This document shows, one piece after another, positions 10,388-20,275 of a stretch of DNA of 64,000 nt. Under the pieces are notes generated by a model. The model did no database searches. It had not been told where the DNA came from and saw only the letters and a program-made list of their open reading frames with translations. This DNA is from Ferroacidibacillus organovorans (GTDB lineage: Bacteria; Bacillota; Bacilli; Alicyclobacillales; SLC66). Every line of letters starts with the position of its first letter. Within the stretch, counting starts at the first letter, position 1. The stretch covers positions 1-64,000 of the forward strand of contig NZ_LSUQ01000008.1 of the NCBI RefSeq assembly GCF_001642725.1, written 5' to 3'. Made by a program: the position numbers and the translations under genes.

Positions 10388-11210
10388 ATCCTCTATGGGA
10401 CCAGGATCCGGTGTTCCTCTTGTTCCTCCCTGGGTGCCGGATCCGACCCCTCCGTCCGACGGAGACAACCCGAATCCAGAGGATCACGACGGGTTAACAC
10501 TAACCAATCCGGATCCCCGTGCAGACGATCTTGCCCCAATAGCACGTTTCAGATCAGCCCGTACAAATTTGGGCAGGTTCGCCCAAACCGGCTCTCGTGA
10601 CAATATGCGTCGAGGACTGGGACAATATGTCCATAAAGGACTAGGCGGTGCCGGAACTGCATCGCGCCGCATGGAGAACACAGCGCGAACAGCCGCTGCC
10701 TTGTACACTGCTCTTTCATCATTGTCTACAGGACAATTCACGATATCTGGGAGAGAGTTCGACGCGGCAATCCTTACCGGCCGCTCAGCTGCTGAGGTAA
10801 TGGATGCACTGGTTGAAGCCGTACGACCAGTAGACGGCACACAGGACTCCGAGGCCAGCCGACATGCGATACGCAATTCTATGTCTGAGATGCTCGATCG
10901 ATTCCCAGAAGCAAATCCGGTAGAACTGTCTGAAGTTCAACGTATGTTCATTATTGAGCGGTACGTAGCCCTTGATATCTATGACCGATTCGTACTCGAT
11001 GTAGGAAAGGCGGTGCAAGACAAGGCACCTAACCCGTCGACGGCACTTTCAAGGTTGAAGGATATCAAGGATTATATTAAGGAGATTGTTTCCGCACGCT
11101 TCCGTGCCACGAGAGCATCTGGCCAATCACTCGGATCTCAGCGTATAGTTGACGTAGTTCGTAATGTGCTAAAAGAAACCTTTGGCGTCTTTGAGGAGTA
11201 TGTTCAATGA
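10374..11210 (+). CDS. qatB: Qat anti-phage system protein QatB
   Basis: MGTSKSSMGPGSGVPLVPPW N-terminus, typical of QatB; lies between qatA and qatC. Confidence 0.88.
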   Translation: MGTSKSSMGPGSGVPLVPPWVPDPTPPSDGDNPNPEDHDGLTLTNPDPRADDLAPIARFRSARTNLGRFAQTGSRDNMRRGLGQYVHKGLGGAGTASRRMENTARTAAALYTALSSLSTGQFTISGREFDAAILTGRSAAEVMDALVEAVRPVDGTQDSEASRHAIRNSMSEMLDRFPEANPVELSEVQRMFIIERYVALDIYDRFVLDVGKAVQDKAPNPSTALSRLKDIKDYIKEIVSARFRATRASGQSLGSQRIVDVVRNVLKETFGVFEEYVQ

Positions 11211-12496
11211 AGAGGATTATTGCCGTGCCAGAGAATAACCTGTTTGCAGCCGATCTTTCTAACGATCACAACGACCTTGAAATCGTTCTGTATGGGCGTA
11301 GGTCCGAATTGACTCAAGCATCCGTAGGTGCTGCTATTCAACATATCGTTCAACGTAACCGCTTAAATCCAGCACCGCGTGCCTGGGATCTTTTATCTAT
11401 CGTGCTTTCTGTTATCACTGCGGACATGCATGTACTTCGAAGTGAGAGTCCCGATGGTTGGACTAGGGAGATTGAATTGTGTGTCTCCGTAAGTGATCCT
11501 GAATTCTGGATGAGTCAACAAAAACTTCTCGAAGAACAGTTGCAGTTTTTGACTACCGACGTGTGGAAACTTTCTTTCGTGAAATGCAGTCTTCCATTAC
11601 TACCTGCGAGCCAAATTTTTAAGCCAGATCAGGATTGTATCGTACTCCTTTCTGGCGGTCTTGATAGTCTAATCGGTGCCATTGACCTCGTAGCACTAGA
11701 TAAACACCCGTATGCTGTCAGCCAAGTTGCCCAAGGTGATACGAACCAACAGAGGCTATTCGCCTCCAGGATTGGCGGTGGCCTAGCACACCTTCAACTG
11801 AATCACAACGCCAAATGTCGAGGACCACACGAGCGGTCTCAACGCCCACGTTCCCTAGCCTTCCTTGCCTATGGAGTACTTCTGGCCACGGCTCTGAAAC
11901 GGTACGAAGAAGATGCAAACGTAAACCTATATATCTGCGAAAATGGGTTTATCTCTATTAATCCACCGCTAACCGTATCACGCCTTGGTAGCCTAAGTAC
12001 TAGAACCACTCATCCGTACTTCCTCCAACTATTTCAAGAACTCCTCTCCAATGCAGAGCTAAGAGTCACGATCGCGAACCCTTATCAATTTATCACGAAG
12101 GGTGAAATGCTCCTCGGTTGTAAGGACCAATCCCTTTTACACCAGCACGCTCACGAAAGCACAAGTTGCGGTCGTTATGCGCGGAATGGTTATAAACACT
12201 GCGGTCGTTGCGTACCATGCCTCATTAGAAGAGCAGCCTTTCATAAGTGGGATATTGACGACCATACTGATTATGTCTACGAAGATCTATCTATACCTGA
12301 CAGGAATCATGCCGAGTACGATGATGTCCGGGCGGCAGCAATGGCTGTTCAGTCTGTCCAATCAGTTGGTCTGGAAAATTGGGCTGGTCCAGCACTAAGT
12401 TCGGCTATTTTACACCAAGCCGATCCGTATAAAAGTATGGTTCAACGAGGGCTGGATGAGTTAGCTGCATTTCTGAAGACGGTGGGAGTAGCATGA
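11207..12496 (+). CDS. qatC: Qat anti-phage system QueC-like protein
   Basis: LLSGGLDS PP-loop; DGWTREI; STRTTHP; SCGR...HCGRCVPCLIRR zinc site; ATGA overlap with qatB. Confidence 0.92.
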   Translation: MKRIIAVPENNLFAADLSNDHNDLEIVLYGRRSELTQASVGAAIQHIVQRNRLNPAPRAWDLLSIVLSVITADMHVLRSESPDGWTREIELCVSVSDPEFWMSQQKLLEEQLQFLTTDVWKLSFVKCSLPLLPASQIFKPDQDCIVLLSGGLDSLIGAIDLVALDKHPYAVSQVAQGDTNQQRLFASRIGGGLAHLQLNHNAKCRGPHERSQRPRSLAFLAYGVLLATALKRYEEDANVNLYICENGFISINPPLTVSRLGSLSTRTTHPYFLQLFQELLSNAELRVTIANPYQFITKGEMLLGCKDQSLLHQHAHESTSCGRYARNGYKHCGRCVPCLIRRAAFHKWDIDDHTDYVYEDLSIPDRNHAEYDDVRAAAMAVQSVQSVGLENWAGPALSSAILHQADPYKSMVQRGLDELAAFLKTVGVA

Positions 12497-13224
12497 TCGA
12501 CTTACATTGTCATCTTGATCTCTATCCCGAACCATCTCTCATAGCCAAGGAATGTGCATCCCGTGGCTTAAACGTACTGTCCGTAACGACTACTCCCAGT
12601 GCGTGGAACGGAACAAACGCCATAGCACAAAGGCGGACGAAAACTGCGCTTGGCCTACACCCTCAGTTGGCCAATGAACGATACGGAGAACTTGAACTTT
12701 TCGACGAACTCCTACCTCGAGTTCCTTACATTGGGGAGATTGGCCTTGATGGGTCTAAGAACTATCGTCAACATTGGAACAAGCAGTTAACCGTGTTCAA
12801 CCATATCCTCGACTCGTGTGTCAAGGCAGGCGGTCGAATAATGTCAATTCACAGCCGCCGAGCCGCACCAACAGTACTCGATTGCATTGAAAACTTCGCA
12901 GATGCGGGTATACCCATTCTTCATTGGTTTTCCGGAAGTACTCGTGATCTCCAACGTGCCATTGATATGGGGTGCTGGTTTAGTGTCGGCCCACCCATGC
13001 TATTTACAGCCAAGGGCAAAGACCTCGTTACTCGAATACCACGATCGCGGGTAATCCCTGAATCCGATGGTCCATTCGCCGAACATAACGGTCAACCTTT
13101 ACTCCCGTGGCATACAGCGATGGTTTACAGAGAGTTATCGAATCTTTGGTCCGTTGCATTTGAAACCGTGGACGAGTTACTGACTGAGAACTTCGTGACC
13201 TTAATTGGCCATCATGAGTTTTAG
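12493..13224 (+). CDS. qatD: Qat anti-phage system TatD-family nuclease
   Basis: IDLHCHLD, GLHP, GEIGLD, SIHSR, HWFSG, ESDGPF motifs; ATGA overlap with qatC. Confidence 0.92.
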   Translation: MIDLHCHLDLYPEPSLIAKECASRGLNVLSVTTTPSAWNGTNAIAQRRTKTALGLHPQLANERYGELELFDELLPRVPYIGEIGLDGSKNYRQHWNKQLTVFNHILDSCVKAGGRIMSIHSRRAAPTVLDCIENFADAGIPILHWFSGSTRDLQRAIDMGCWFSVGPPMLFTAKGKDLVTRIPRSRVIPESDGPFAEHNGQPLLPWHTAMVYRELSNLWSVAFETVDELLTENFVTLIGHHEF

Positions 13225-13430
13225 CTTGCGCGGCGAGTGCGTCCCTCCATAGTGAGGCCGGCTGACCTTACCCTTACCCTGTCAGTCTGATCGTATGGGG
13301 TTCGGTTCGAGGAAGAATGATTGTATTCCGCGAGATGGAACAACGAACAGATTGCTTCATCGTAGAAAGATGCTGGTGCCGCTCAACGACTCCGAATCCG
13401 AGATTTCCTGCTTTCCCTCCATCTTCCTCC

Positions 13431-13484
13431 AATGGAGTAATATATGGACTCGGCATCAGTGACAGGTCCATATATTACTCCATT
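13431..13484. repeat. Perfect 19-bp inverted repeat with 16-bp spacer (att-site-like)
   Basis: AATGGAGTAATATATGGAC (13431-13449) / GTCCATATATTACTCCATT (13466-13484). Confidence 0.9.
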
Positions 13485-13497
13485 CCCGTATATTGCC

Positions 13498-13523
13498 ACT
13501 CGTAGCCCCGCAGGGCTACGAGT
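13498..13523. repeat. 11-bp hairpin at the truncation point of the yyaL fragment
   Basis: ACTCGTAGCCC-cgca-GGGCTACGAGT. Confidence 0.85.
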
Positions 13524-13689
13524 AGCCTATGGACAAAAGGATTGGCCGGTTGAACCTGCGGGCGATGCGGAACGCTTCGTCGCACCAAGGGTACCAGTCG
13601 ACCGGATTGTGGGCGTGTTGCAGGAGGTATGGGGATTTTTCGTGGATGAGGCGGTTTGTGAATTTGTGACTCTGCGAATTGTTAGTCAT
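13516..13689 (-). pseudogene. yyaL: 5' fragment (57 aa) of YyaL/DUF255 thioredoxin-domain protein
   Basis: Below the ORF-track cutoff. Translates to [61 protein letters not shown], the conserved YyaL N-terminus, ending just before the usual TCHWCH. Confidence 0.88.
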
Positions 13690-14071
13690 ACGCATTTTTC
13701 ACCTCTGGATTCATTTCCCTTCAGTATACACTGACAATGGGATATCTACTCGTAAGTACAAAATAATCTGGCAGGACGGAAATATCCATAGACTCCTATA
13801 CAGCACAGGTTTTGCAGGCAGATATAACCCCTCCAACAGACTCCATCGAACGGAATGTAGACCCAAAGAATCCGCCCACAAAAGGACTCTAACTCCAACG
13901 AATAGAATCCACATACATCCGCTCAGAGGAAAAAACCCTTAAGATATTGCGAAGACAGGTCGTCTATTTTGGATCTATCTTCGACGTTTTGATGTCGCGT
14001 GAAATGGCGGGTGGGAAGGCTGTTCTGGTTGCAACAATAGAGTCGAGAAGATTTCCCTTCACTTATAATGC

Positions 14072-14089
14072 TTGATTTTATCAATTATT
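14072..14089. promoter_or_regulatory. Putative MarR operator, copy 1
   Basis: TTGATTTTATCAATTATT with a TTGAT-N3-ATCAA palindrome; near-identical copy at 14589-14606. Confidence 0.55.
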
Positions 14090-14122
14090 ATTTTTATCAT
14101 TTACTCTGGAGGCGGTGTTCTA

Positions 14123-14554
14123 ATGCAACCTGTAGCTGAAATCCGCGAATTCATGCAGTCTCTTTTTCGGCATGTTGGTATGTTGAATAAGGACAGTGCT
14201 GAATGCGATGATTTATCGGTCATTCAAAGCCAAATCATCTACGAACTCGGTAAGCATGATGGATTTTCCCTCATGGATTTGTCCAACTGCTTACTCATTG
14301 AATCCAGCAGCCTTAGTCGCCATGTACAATCACTCGTGGAACGTGCTCTCGTAAGTCGATATCCCGATCCGAAAGATCGCCGCTATGTCGTTCTGTCCTT
14401 AACTCCTGCAGGGGTAAAGACAAGAGAAAGTGTATCTAGGGTAATCGACGAGCGAGTAGAGCAGGTGTGGAATGCTATACCTTTGGATGAACGTGAAAAT
14501 GTTCTAAGATGCGTTCACGTCCTCTCTAAAGCAATTACGGAAACTTTTTCTTGA
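14123..14554 (+). CDS. MarR-family transcriptional regulator
   Basis: SSSLSRHVQSLVERALVSRYPDPKDRRYVVLSLTPAG winged-helix signature; GGAGG RBS before ATG 14123. Confidence 0.9.
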   Translation: MQPVAEIREFMQSLFRHVGMLNKDSAECDDLSVIQSQIIYELGKHDGFSLMDLSNCLLIESSSLSRHVQSLVERALVSRYPDPKDRRYVVLSLTPAGVKTRESVSRVIDERVEQVWNAIPLDERENVLRCVHVLSKAITETFS

Positions 14555-14588
14555 AAAATGTTTTATGTTTTTTTACTTTGTCATATAG

Positions 14589-14606
14589 TTGACTTTATCA
14601 ATTATT
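14589..14606. promoter_or_regulatory. Putative MarR operator, copy 2
   Basis: TTGACTTTATCAATTATT, one mismatch to copy 1, upstream of the DUF2938-like gene. Confidence 0.55.
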
Positions 14607-14634
14607 GCTATACACAATGAAAAGAGGCGGTAAA

Positions 14635-15129
14635 ATGAGCTACATACTAACTTTGAACGGTGCATTAGCTGGCATTTCCGGAACATTACTGATGGATATA
14701 GCAAGTGTTCTCGGCGGAAAATTGGGCGTAGTAGTCAAGCCTAGCACCAGATTCATTGGAAGATGGATCGCTTATTTTTTCTTCGGTAAGTTCAAACATA
14801 ATGACATTCGACGTTCTGAAGCAAAACCATATGAATGTCAACTCGGAGTTATCACCCACTACCTGATCGGTGTAGCATTGGGTGTGATATTCATTACCTT
14901 GATTCCACTTGATCCTTTCAGTACGAAAAATCTAGCGGTCGGCCTGATATACGGCTTGCTGACCTGCGTGCTCGCTTGGTTTCTAATGATGCCTTCTTTC
15001 GGATTCGGATGGTTTGGACTCAAGGGGCCAAAAGAAGCTAAGATAATGCGAACCAGCATATACAATCATCTCTTTTTTGGTCTTGGCATCGCAGTCTGGT
15101 TCAATATTCTAGCGTTCATTAGACTTTAG
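14635..15129 (+). CDS. DUF2938-like integral membrane protein
   Basis: GTLLMD, IGRW, HYLIG, WFLMMPSFGFGWFG, HLFFGLG motifs. Confidence 0.75.
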   Translation: MSYILTLNGALAGISGTLLMDIASVLGGKLGVVVKPSTRFIGRWIAYFFFGKFKHNDIRRSEAKPYECQLGVITHYLIGVALGVIFITLIPLDPFSTKNLAVGLIYGLLTCVLAWFLMMPSFGFGWFGLKGPKEAKIMRTSIYNHLFFGLGIAVWFNILAFIRL

Positions 15130-15173
15130 GCACCCACAAAACAGGGAGGCCACACACGGCCTCCCTCCCGCAT

Positions 15174-15509
15174 TTACGCACTCATTTTATGACACTCGTC
15201 CGCGCACTTCTTGCATTCTGTCGCACATGCCTGAAAATGTTCATTCAGATGCTTCGAGCATTCCGCCACACAGGCATCGCAAATCGTTGCACAAAGCTGG
15301 CAGACCTGTTTCGCGAACTGGCTGTCTCTCGTCATGAAAGACTCTGCCATTCTACAGATGTCCGCACAATCGCGACACATTTAGATGCACTTTCGCATCC
15401 CGGACATATCCATGCGGCAACAGTTAGTCACGCAATTTTCACAGGCCTCGTGACAACGATGACATCCCTCTATGCAAGCTTGGAACTTAATCGTAGTGGT
15501 CATTGCCAT
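15174..15509 (-). pseudogene. Cys-rich four-helix-bundle copper storage protein (Csp3/DUF326-like), split by an in-frame TAA
   Basis: ...MRKCI-TAA(15381-15383)-MCRDCADIC...; the two halves are in frame and align to the intact copy at 35977-36327. Confidence 0.85.
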
Positions 15510-15649
15510 GACAAAATCACTCCTTTTAGAGAATTTATAATTATGGCCAATGTGCCCACCAAAAGCGGAAACATCCAACTGTCAATTCAGGTCGTTCTTC
15601 ATCCGTTCAAAGGTTTCCCAGTTAATTTCGCCTTTCGCATACCGTTCCC

Positions 15650-15847
15650 TCAAAATGTCCAACGCTTCTCTATATGCGAGGACTGAAATCCAGAAAACGC
15701 CGAAGTACGGCGAGTAGCACGAATAACAAAATAAGCGACAAGACCACTAACTGCTGCAACGAGGACAAGCCACATCAGCATTCCAATGCCCATGAACCCC
15801 ATCATGCCCATCATGTGCTGCATTCCTCCATTTCCCCAGTTCATCAT
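15650..15847 (-). CDS. Small Met/Gly-rich single-pass membrane protein, possibly truncated
   Basis: MMNWGNGGMQHMMGMMGFMGIGMLMWLVLV...; GGAGGTG RBS. Confidence 0.55.
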   Translation of the reverse strand: MMNWGNGGMQHMMGMMGFMGIGMLMWLVLVAAVSGLVAYFVIRATRRTSAFSGFQSSHIEKRWTF

Positions 15848-16173
15848 GGTTAAAACACCTCCCCACACCTGTACTCCTAAGTATACAGCCATCCCATTTT
15901 GTCGATTGTGAAAAAACACTTAATCAATGGCAACAGCCGCAAGCGTCCTCGACGCCGCGTGCTTCTTGAATTGCTTCAATGCCCTCTTTTATCACGAAGT
16001 ACACCAATACCAAACCCGCCAACGCATTCAGCCACCACCAGCCAACCAAAGCGGTAAGAACCAATCCGACAATTAGAGTCCAGCCATGTACGCACACACG
16101 ATGCTACATGAGCCATCGGCCCGAAGTGCTTTACTACCAATCTGAGTACCGATAGTGGCGATAGGTGCCGGGA

Positions 16174-17163
16174 TTGCCGCCCGTTCACCATGACCATGAC
16201 CATGACCATGACCACGGTGGAGTGTTTCACTCTCATGCGCCCACTGGTCAAATGAATAAGGCATTTTTTCTGACACCGCTGATACTCGTCGTCGAAGTCA
16301 TGGGTGGCATATTGTCGCACAGTCTTGCACTCTTGTAAGATGCAGGCCACGTTCTGACGGAAATTGCGGCAATCGCACTATCATGGTTCGCGCTGAAGCA
16401 ATCTGAAAAACCACCGAGTGAAAAGATGACTTTTGGGTATCACCGTTCAGGCATTCTAGCCGCCCTGATTAACGGAATTACGCTCATAGCCATTACGCTC
16501 ATTATCCTCTGGGAAGCGTACAGCAGATTTCAGCATCCAGAGCATGTCACGACAACTTAGATGTTCATTAGTGCAGGTCTCGGACTGCTCATAAGTTTAT
16601 ATCTGGGTCTTGGAATGCTCCATGAGGAAAACCTGAACGTGAAGAGTGCCGTCCTGCACATGCTTAGAGATGCGGAGGCTTCCGCTGGTGTCATTGTCGG
16701 CGGAATTATAATCCTGTTCGCGCATTGGTACGTGATTGACCCGATATTGAGTATCCTTGTCGCAATTCTCATTGCCTTCGGTGCGTGGCGGATCGTGAAA
16801 CAGACGGTTGGTATCCTCATGGAAGGAACACCAAAAGGAATCGAGATCGATAACATTTTGAAAACGATCCGCAGTGTCAGTGGGATTCAGGACGTACACG
16901 ATGTCCATGTATGGAGCATCACGAGCGGGAGGAACGCTCTGTCGTGCCACGCGATTCTGGATGGTGGAATGACCATCAGGGAAAGCCAGAACATTCTACG
17001 AAAACTGGAATATGAACTGGCGCACAAAAATATCGGCCACATCACGGTTCAAACAGAAAATGGCGAACATCCTCACGAGGATTCAGTGCTTTGTACAGAT
17101 GAAGAGTCTGAGCATAATCACCAGCACTGCAAGAGGGCCGTGTGGCCTATTTTTTCATTCTAA
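16174..17163 (+). pseudogene. czcD: Cation diffusion facilitator (CzcD-like) with two in-frame stops
   Basis: HHDHDHDHDH N-terminus; SLALL-TAA(16336)-DAGH; TFGYHR; TAG at 16558; HMLRD; DVHDVHVWSI C-terminal domain. Confidence 0.85.
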
Positions 17164-17509
17164 CTCTGCTCAAAGTTCAGCGATCGCACAGGTCGAACAC
17201 CAAACTCCTGTCTCATCGGCACAGAGCCAAGAAGCTGTCACAATGCGGCGTAGTTATCCGACTCGACGAGCAGATGGAAAACGTGATCAGGCGCACCGTT
17301 CACTGCAAAATGGACTTTCACGCCCAGCTCCTCACAATGTTACGAGATTGTCGGCACGAATTCTTGCATAGCAGTTCTGACTTCCTCGTTATACATCGCA
17401 CACTGATCAGCACTGTGTCTGGCGGTGACGTGGAATAGGATGGTGATCCACTCCCTTTGACTATTTTGAACCTATGCCTCTCTTGCGCCCTCGCTCCCCC
17501 TGCCCCTTA

Positions 17510-17860
17510 TCCCACCTCTCCAACCGTTGTTCAAGCGTTGCCCCATGCTAAAACTCGATAACTTGTGCCTTTTTCCTTACTTACGGTGATATGTCAGATG
17601 ACGTGACAAGCACTGCATATCGACAAGTCGGCTTAGTGTTCAATCGTATTGAATGCTACTCGTGGATGATATTCGGCCCAACGTAACGGTCTGTCCAGTG
17701 CTTTGCCTGCCCTTCGGTACGCTCCTTGGTTCGTTTGGCGGTGATGACCAAATCCCGCCATCGTTCCCACCGATTCTGGGGTCTTCAACATCGTAACCGT
17801 GATCCCGAAAATACAGAGCCGGTAGGCGTTCAAATTCGGTCAACGTCAGTTTCAATATAG
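17510..17860 (-). pseudogene. Mrr-like restriction endonuclease remnant
   Basis: Fragments EFERL...YFRDHGYDVE..IGGNDGGI, QAKHW..YVG and AVLVTSSD across stops and frameshifts. Confidence 0.55.
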
Positions 17861-18281
17861 GACTCTGAAGGATTTCTACGTCTGGACGTTTTGCAGGGAA
17901 AGTTCAGATGTTCGATTGGTCCTTCTTTTAGTTGTCACCTCTTGTTTTCGAGGATTTTCGTTTTCGCGAAGACTTAGTGTGGTAATTGCTTTAACTATGA
18001 CAGACAGTGCAATAATGCAACTTAACTCCATGCATAAACTGTGAGGGATGGCAATTAGCATGAAGTTTCGACAACCCCCAACATGATTCGATGGGAATAT
18101 CTTATACGCAGTGGCCCGCATATCCTTTTCCTCGAAATCGGTCAATGACCATCACCACACCCCGTAAAAACGTCTAGCGATACACCTTGAGAACTGTGCA
18201 AAAAGTGTGCGTCACAAGGAGTCCGGGTAAGCGGACTCCCTACACCAGTTTGTCGTTCGCCAACCACGCCATATCAACCGT

Positions 18282-18524
18282 CTAAATACCGTAATCCGTG
18301 GCAATTCTCAGCCGTCCATCGTATACCGGGGTACCTTCCAATACAGTGACATAGTGTGTTTCAAACAGCGTCAGACGAACTCTAGAACGGTTCTGAACGG
18401 CATGTTGCCTTATATAATCTACTCCGTCGCTCTGACGAAAACCCATCTGAAAAACCTTATGTAGATCCGTTGCCTCACGTAGCTGACCACAGGCTATGCA
18501 ATAGACAATGTTGAATAGTTCCAT
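18282..18524 (-). CDS. Small CxxC hypothetical protein
   Basis: MELFNIVYCIACG...KVFQMGF; GAGGAAGGG upstream; flanked by 13-bp direct repeats. Confidence 0.35.
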   Translation of the reverse strand: MELFNIVYCIACGQLREATDLHKVFQMGFRQSDGVDYIRQHAVQNRSRVRLTLFETHYVTVLEGTPVYDGRLRIATDYGI

Positions 18525-18836
18525 ACACCCTTCCTCTACTTTATTGTTGGCCATATACCCGTGGTCACTGGTCGCATTTTACACATCAGATGCTTCTTTA
18601 AACTGAGTGATATTAGCCGCAGCCCAAGATCTCGTTTACGAGGTCAACATAGTGGATCTACTCATAAATGCCATATCAACCGCAAGTTCCGGTAACCCAA
18701 TACCGGCGCAAGAAGTATAGTATGAAATGGACAAGACGGTATATGTTAACCATTTCGTCATGGGGCAGATTTACGCGACAAACTGACGATTTCGGTATAC
18801 ACTAGGACTGTAACCAGTACAAACGAGGTGGTTTAC

Positions 18837-19505
18837 ATGGAGAAATACTACACTCACCGACAGGATGTTGTTCGGTCGGGATACATGAGCAAAGTCTACG
18901 GGTGGATGTTTCTAGCACTTATGATCACGGCCGCGATGTCGATTATAACGCTCGGCTCACCGATGCTGGCGACCGTTGCCGTGCGTGGATTCTGGGTTCT
19001 GTTTCTTGTTGAAATTGGCATCGTCTTTTGGCTCTCGGCACGGGTTACCAAGATGCGGCCTGGAACGGCGACGTTGTGGTTCATTGTTTACGCGGCTCTG
19101 AATGGTGTTGTTCTAACGCCGATTGTCTTTCACTATACGGGTGCAACTGTCGCTTTGGCATTCGGGGTGGCGGCGTTGTCGTTTGGTGTGATGAGCATCT
19201 TTGGAGCCGTGACAAAGACTGATTTGACGCGCATCGGTAGCATTGCGTTTATGGGGCTCATCGGAATCCTCATTGCGTCGCTCGCGAACATGTTTCTACA
19301 CTCGTCGGGGATGAACTGGTTCATTTCCTACGCGGGTGTCGTGGTGTTCACATTATTGACTGCATGGGACACGCAGCGAATTCGAAATAACTCATTTTAT
19401 CAACGCTATTCAGTGATGGGATCGTTGACGTTGTATCTGGATTTCATCAACATCTTCCTGTTCCTCCTGTCCATCTTCGGCGGTGGTGGCGGACGTAGGA
19501 ATTAA
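18837..19505 (+). CDS. Bax inhibitor-1/YccA family membrane protein
   Basis: 7 TM; KVYGWM, TKTDL, TAWDTQRI, LTLYLDFINIFLFLL. Confidence 0.92.
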   Translation: MEKYYTHRQDVVRSGYMSKVYGWMFLALMITAAMSIITLGSPMLATVAVRGFWVLFLVEIGIVFWLSARVTKMRPGTATLWFIVYAALNGVVLTPIVFHYTGATVALAFGVAALSFGVMSIFGAVTKTDLTRIGSIAFMGLIGILIASLANMFLHSSGMNWFISYAGVVVFTLLTAWDTQRIRNNSFYQRYSVMGSLTLYLDFINIFLFLLSIFGGGGGRRN

Positions 19506-19771
19506 ATCAGTTGGAACACGGATGAGCCGGACATCATCTCATCGTAATGCGAGTAACAGTTCACTTTGACGGACGAATCACTGGGTGACCAGTGATTCTT
19601 TTATGCGCTTTGGTAACCGTCAAAGCACAGCCTTTGCACTGTTAATGGAGGGGTAGCAAGGTCAGAACATTCAATCCCCACCGTACTTGCCGCGAGGATT
19701 TCTGGCCTGTTGGTATTTTGTATTCCTATTTCAGGATTTTGCATAATACCGATTTGGTTCGTGTCCTACAC

Positions 19772-19811
19772 CCTATCTGGTGTGGCTGGAATTAGAACCA
19801 CACCAGATAGG
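19772..19811. repeat. 14-bp perfect inverted repeat in intergenic DNA
   Basis: CCTATCTGGTGTGG / CCACACCAGATAGG with 12-nt loop. Confidence 0.75.
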
Positions 19812-19969
19812 AATCTGATGAATTCTGCAAAGTCCTCATTTAACAACGATCGCCAGAACCATGATGTTCATCTCTAGGCCAGTAGCCAATAGACATTCCC
19901 TTGGACGATATCGATTTCAATCGGCCATTGGCTACCTTTTTGGTGGATAACCTAGAGTTCTTTTCTAGT

Positions 19970-20275
19970 AGCGTTGGAACTGCAGGAGCATTTCTTCTTG
20001 TGACGCTTATGTTGGTTGTTTAACGCTAACACATCCTCATTCGAGTCACCATTGCGTCCTCAGTGGCTATCACGATTATTTCCAATTGGGATAATGGCGA
20101 GGAATCTGTGGGCAGGGGATGTCTTGCTTGGCCCGTCCTCATTCTGATCTGGACCATAATCGTTGGTGCTCCCCTTGGTGCTCACTTTGGGAAACAAGTC
20201 AGAATAAAGTGGCCACAGATCATACTGGCACTACTCATTTTGACCACGTGAGTAAAAGTATGGATCCACTTGTTT
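19970..20275 (+). pseudogene. Sulfite exporter TauE/SafE (TSUP) remnant
   Basis: Fragments GAFLL, IRVTIASSVAITIIS and GAPLGAHFGK...ILALLI. Confidence 0.4.

Noticed and set aside
13447..13518. Selenocysteine or pyrrolysine read-through of yyaL (TAG + hairpin, TCH-TGA-C)
   Set aside because: The TGA occupies the Trp position, not a Cys position, and no YyaL sequence follows CRV. A recombination scar explains it better.
16188..16215. (CATGAC)n repeat as a phase-variation switch
   Set aside because: The hexamer keeps frame and encodes the His-Asp tract common in CDF transporters; the gene is already dead from stop codons.
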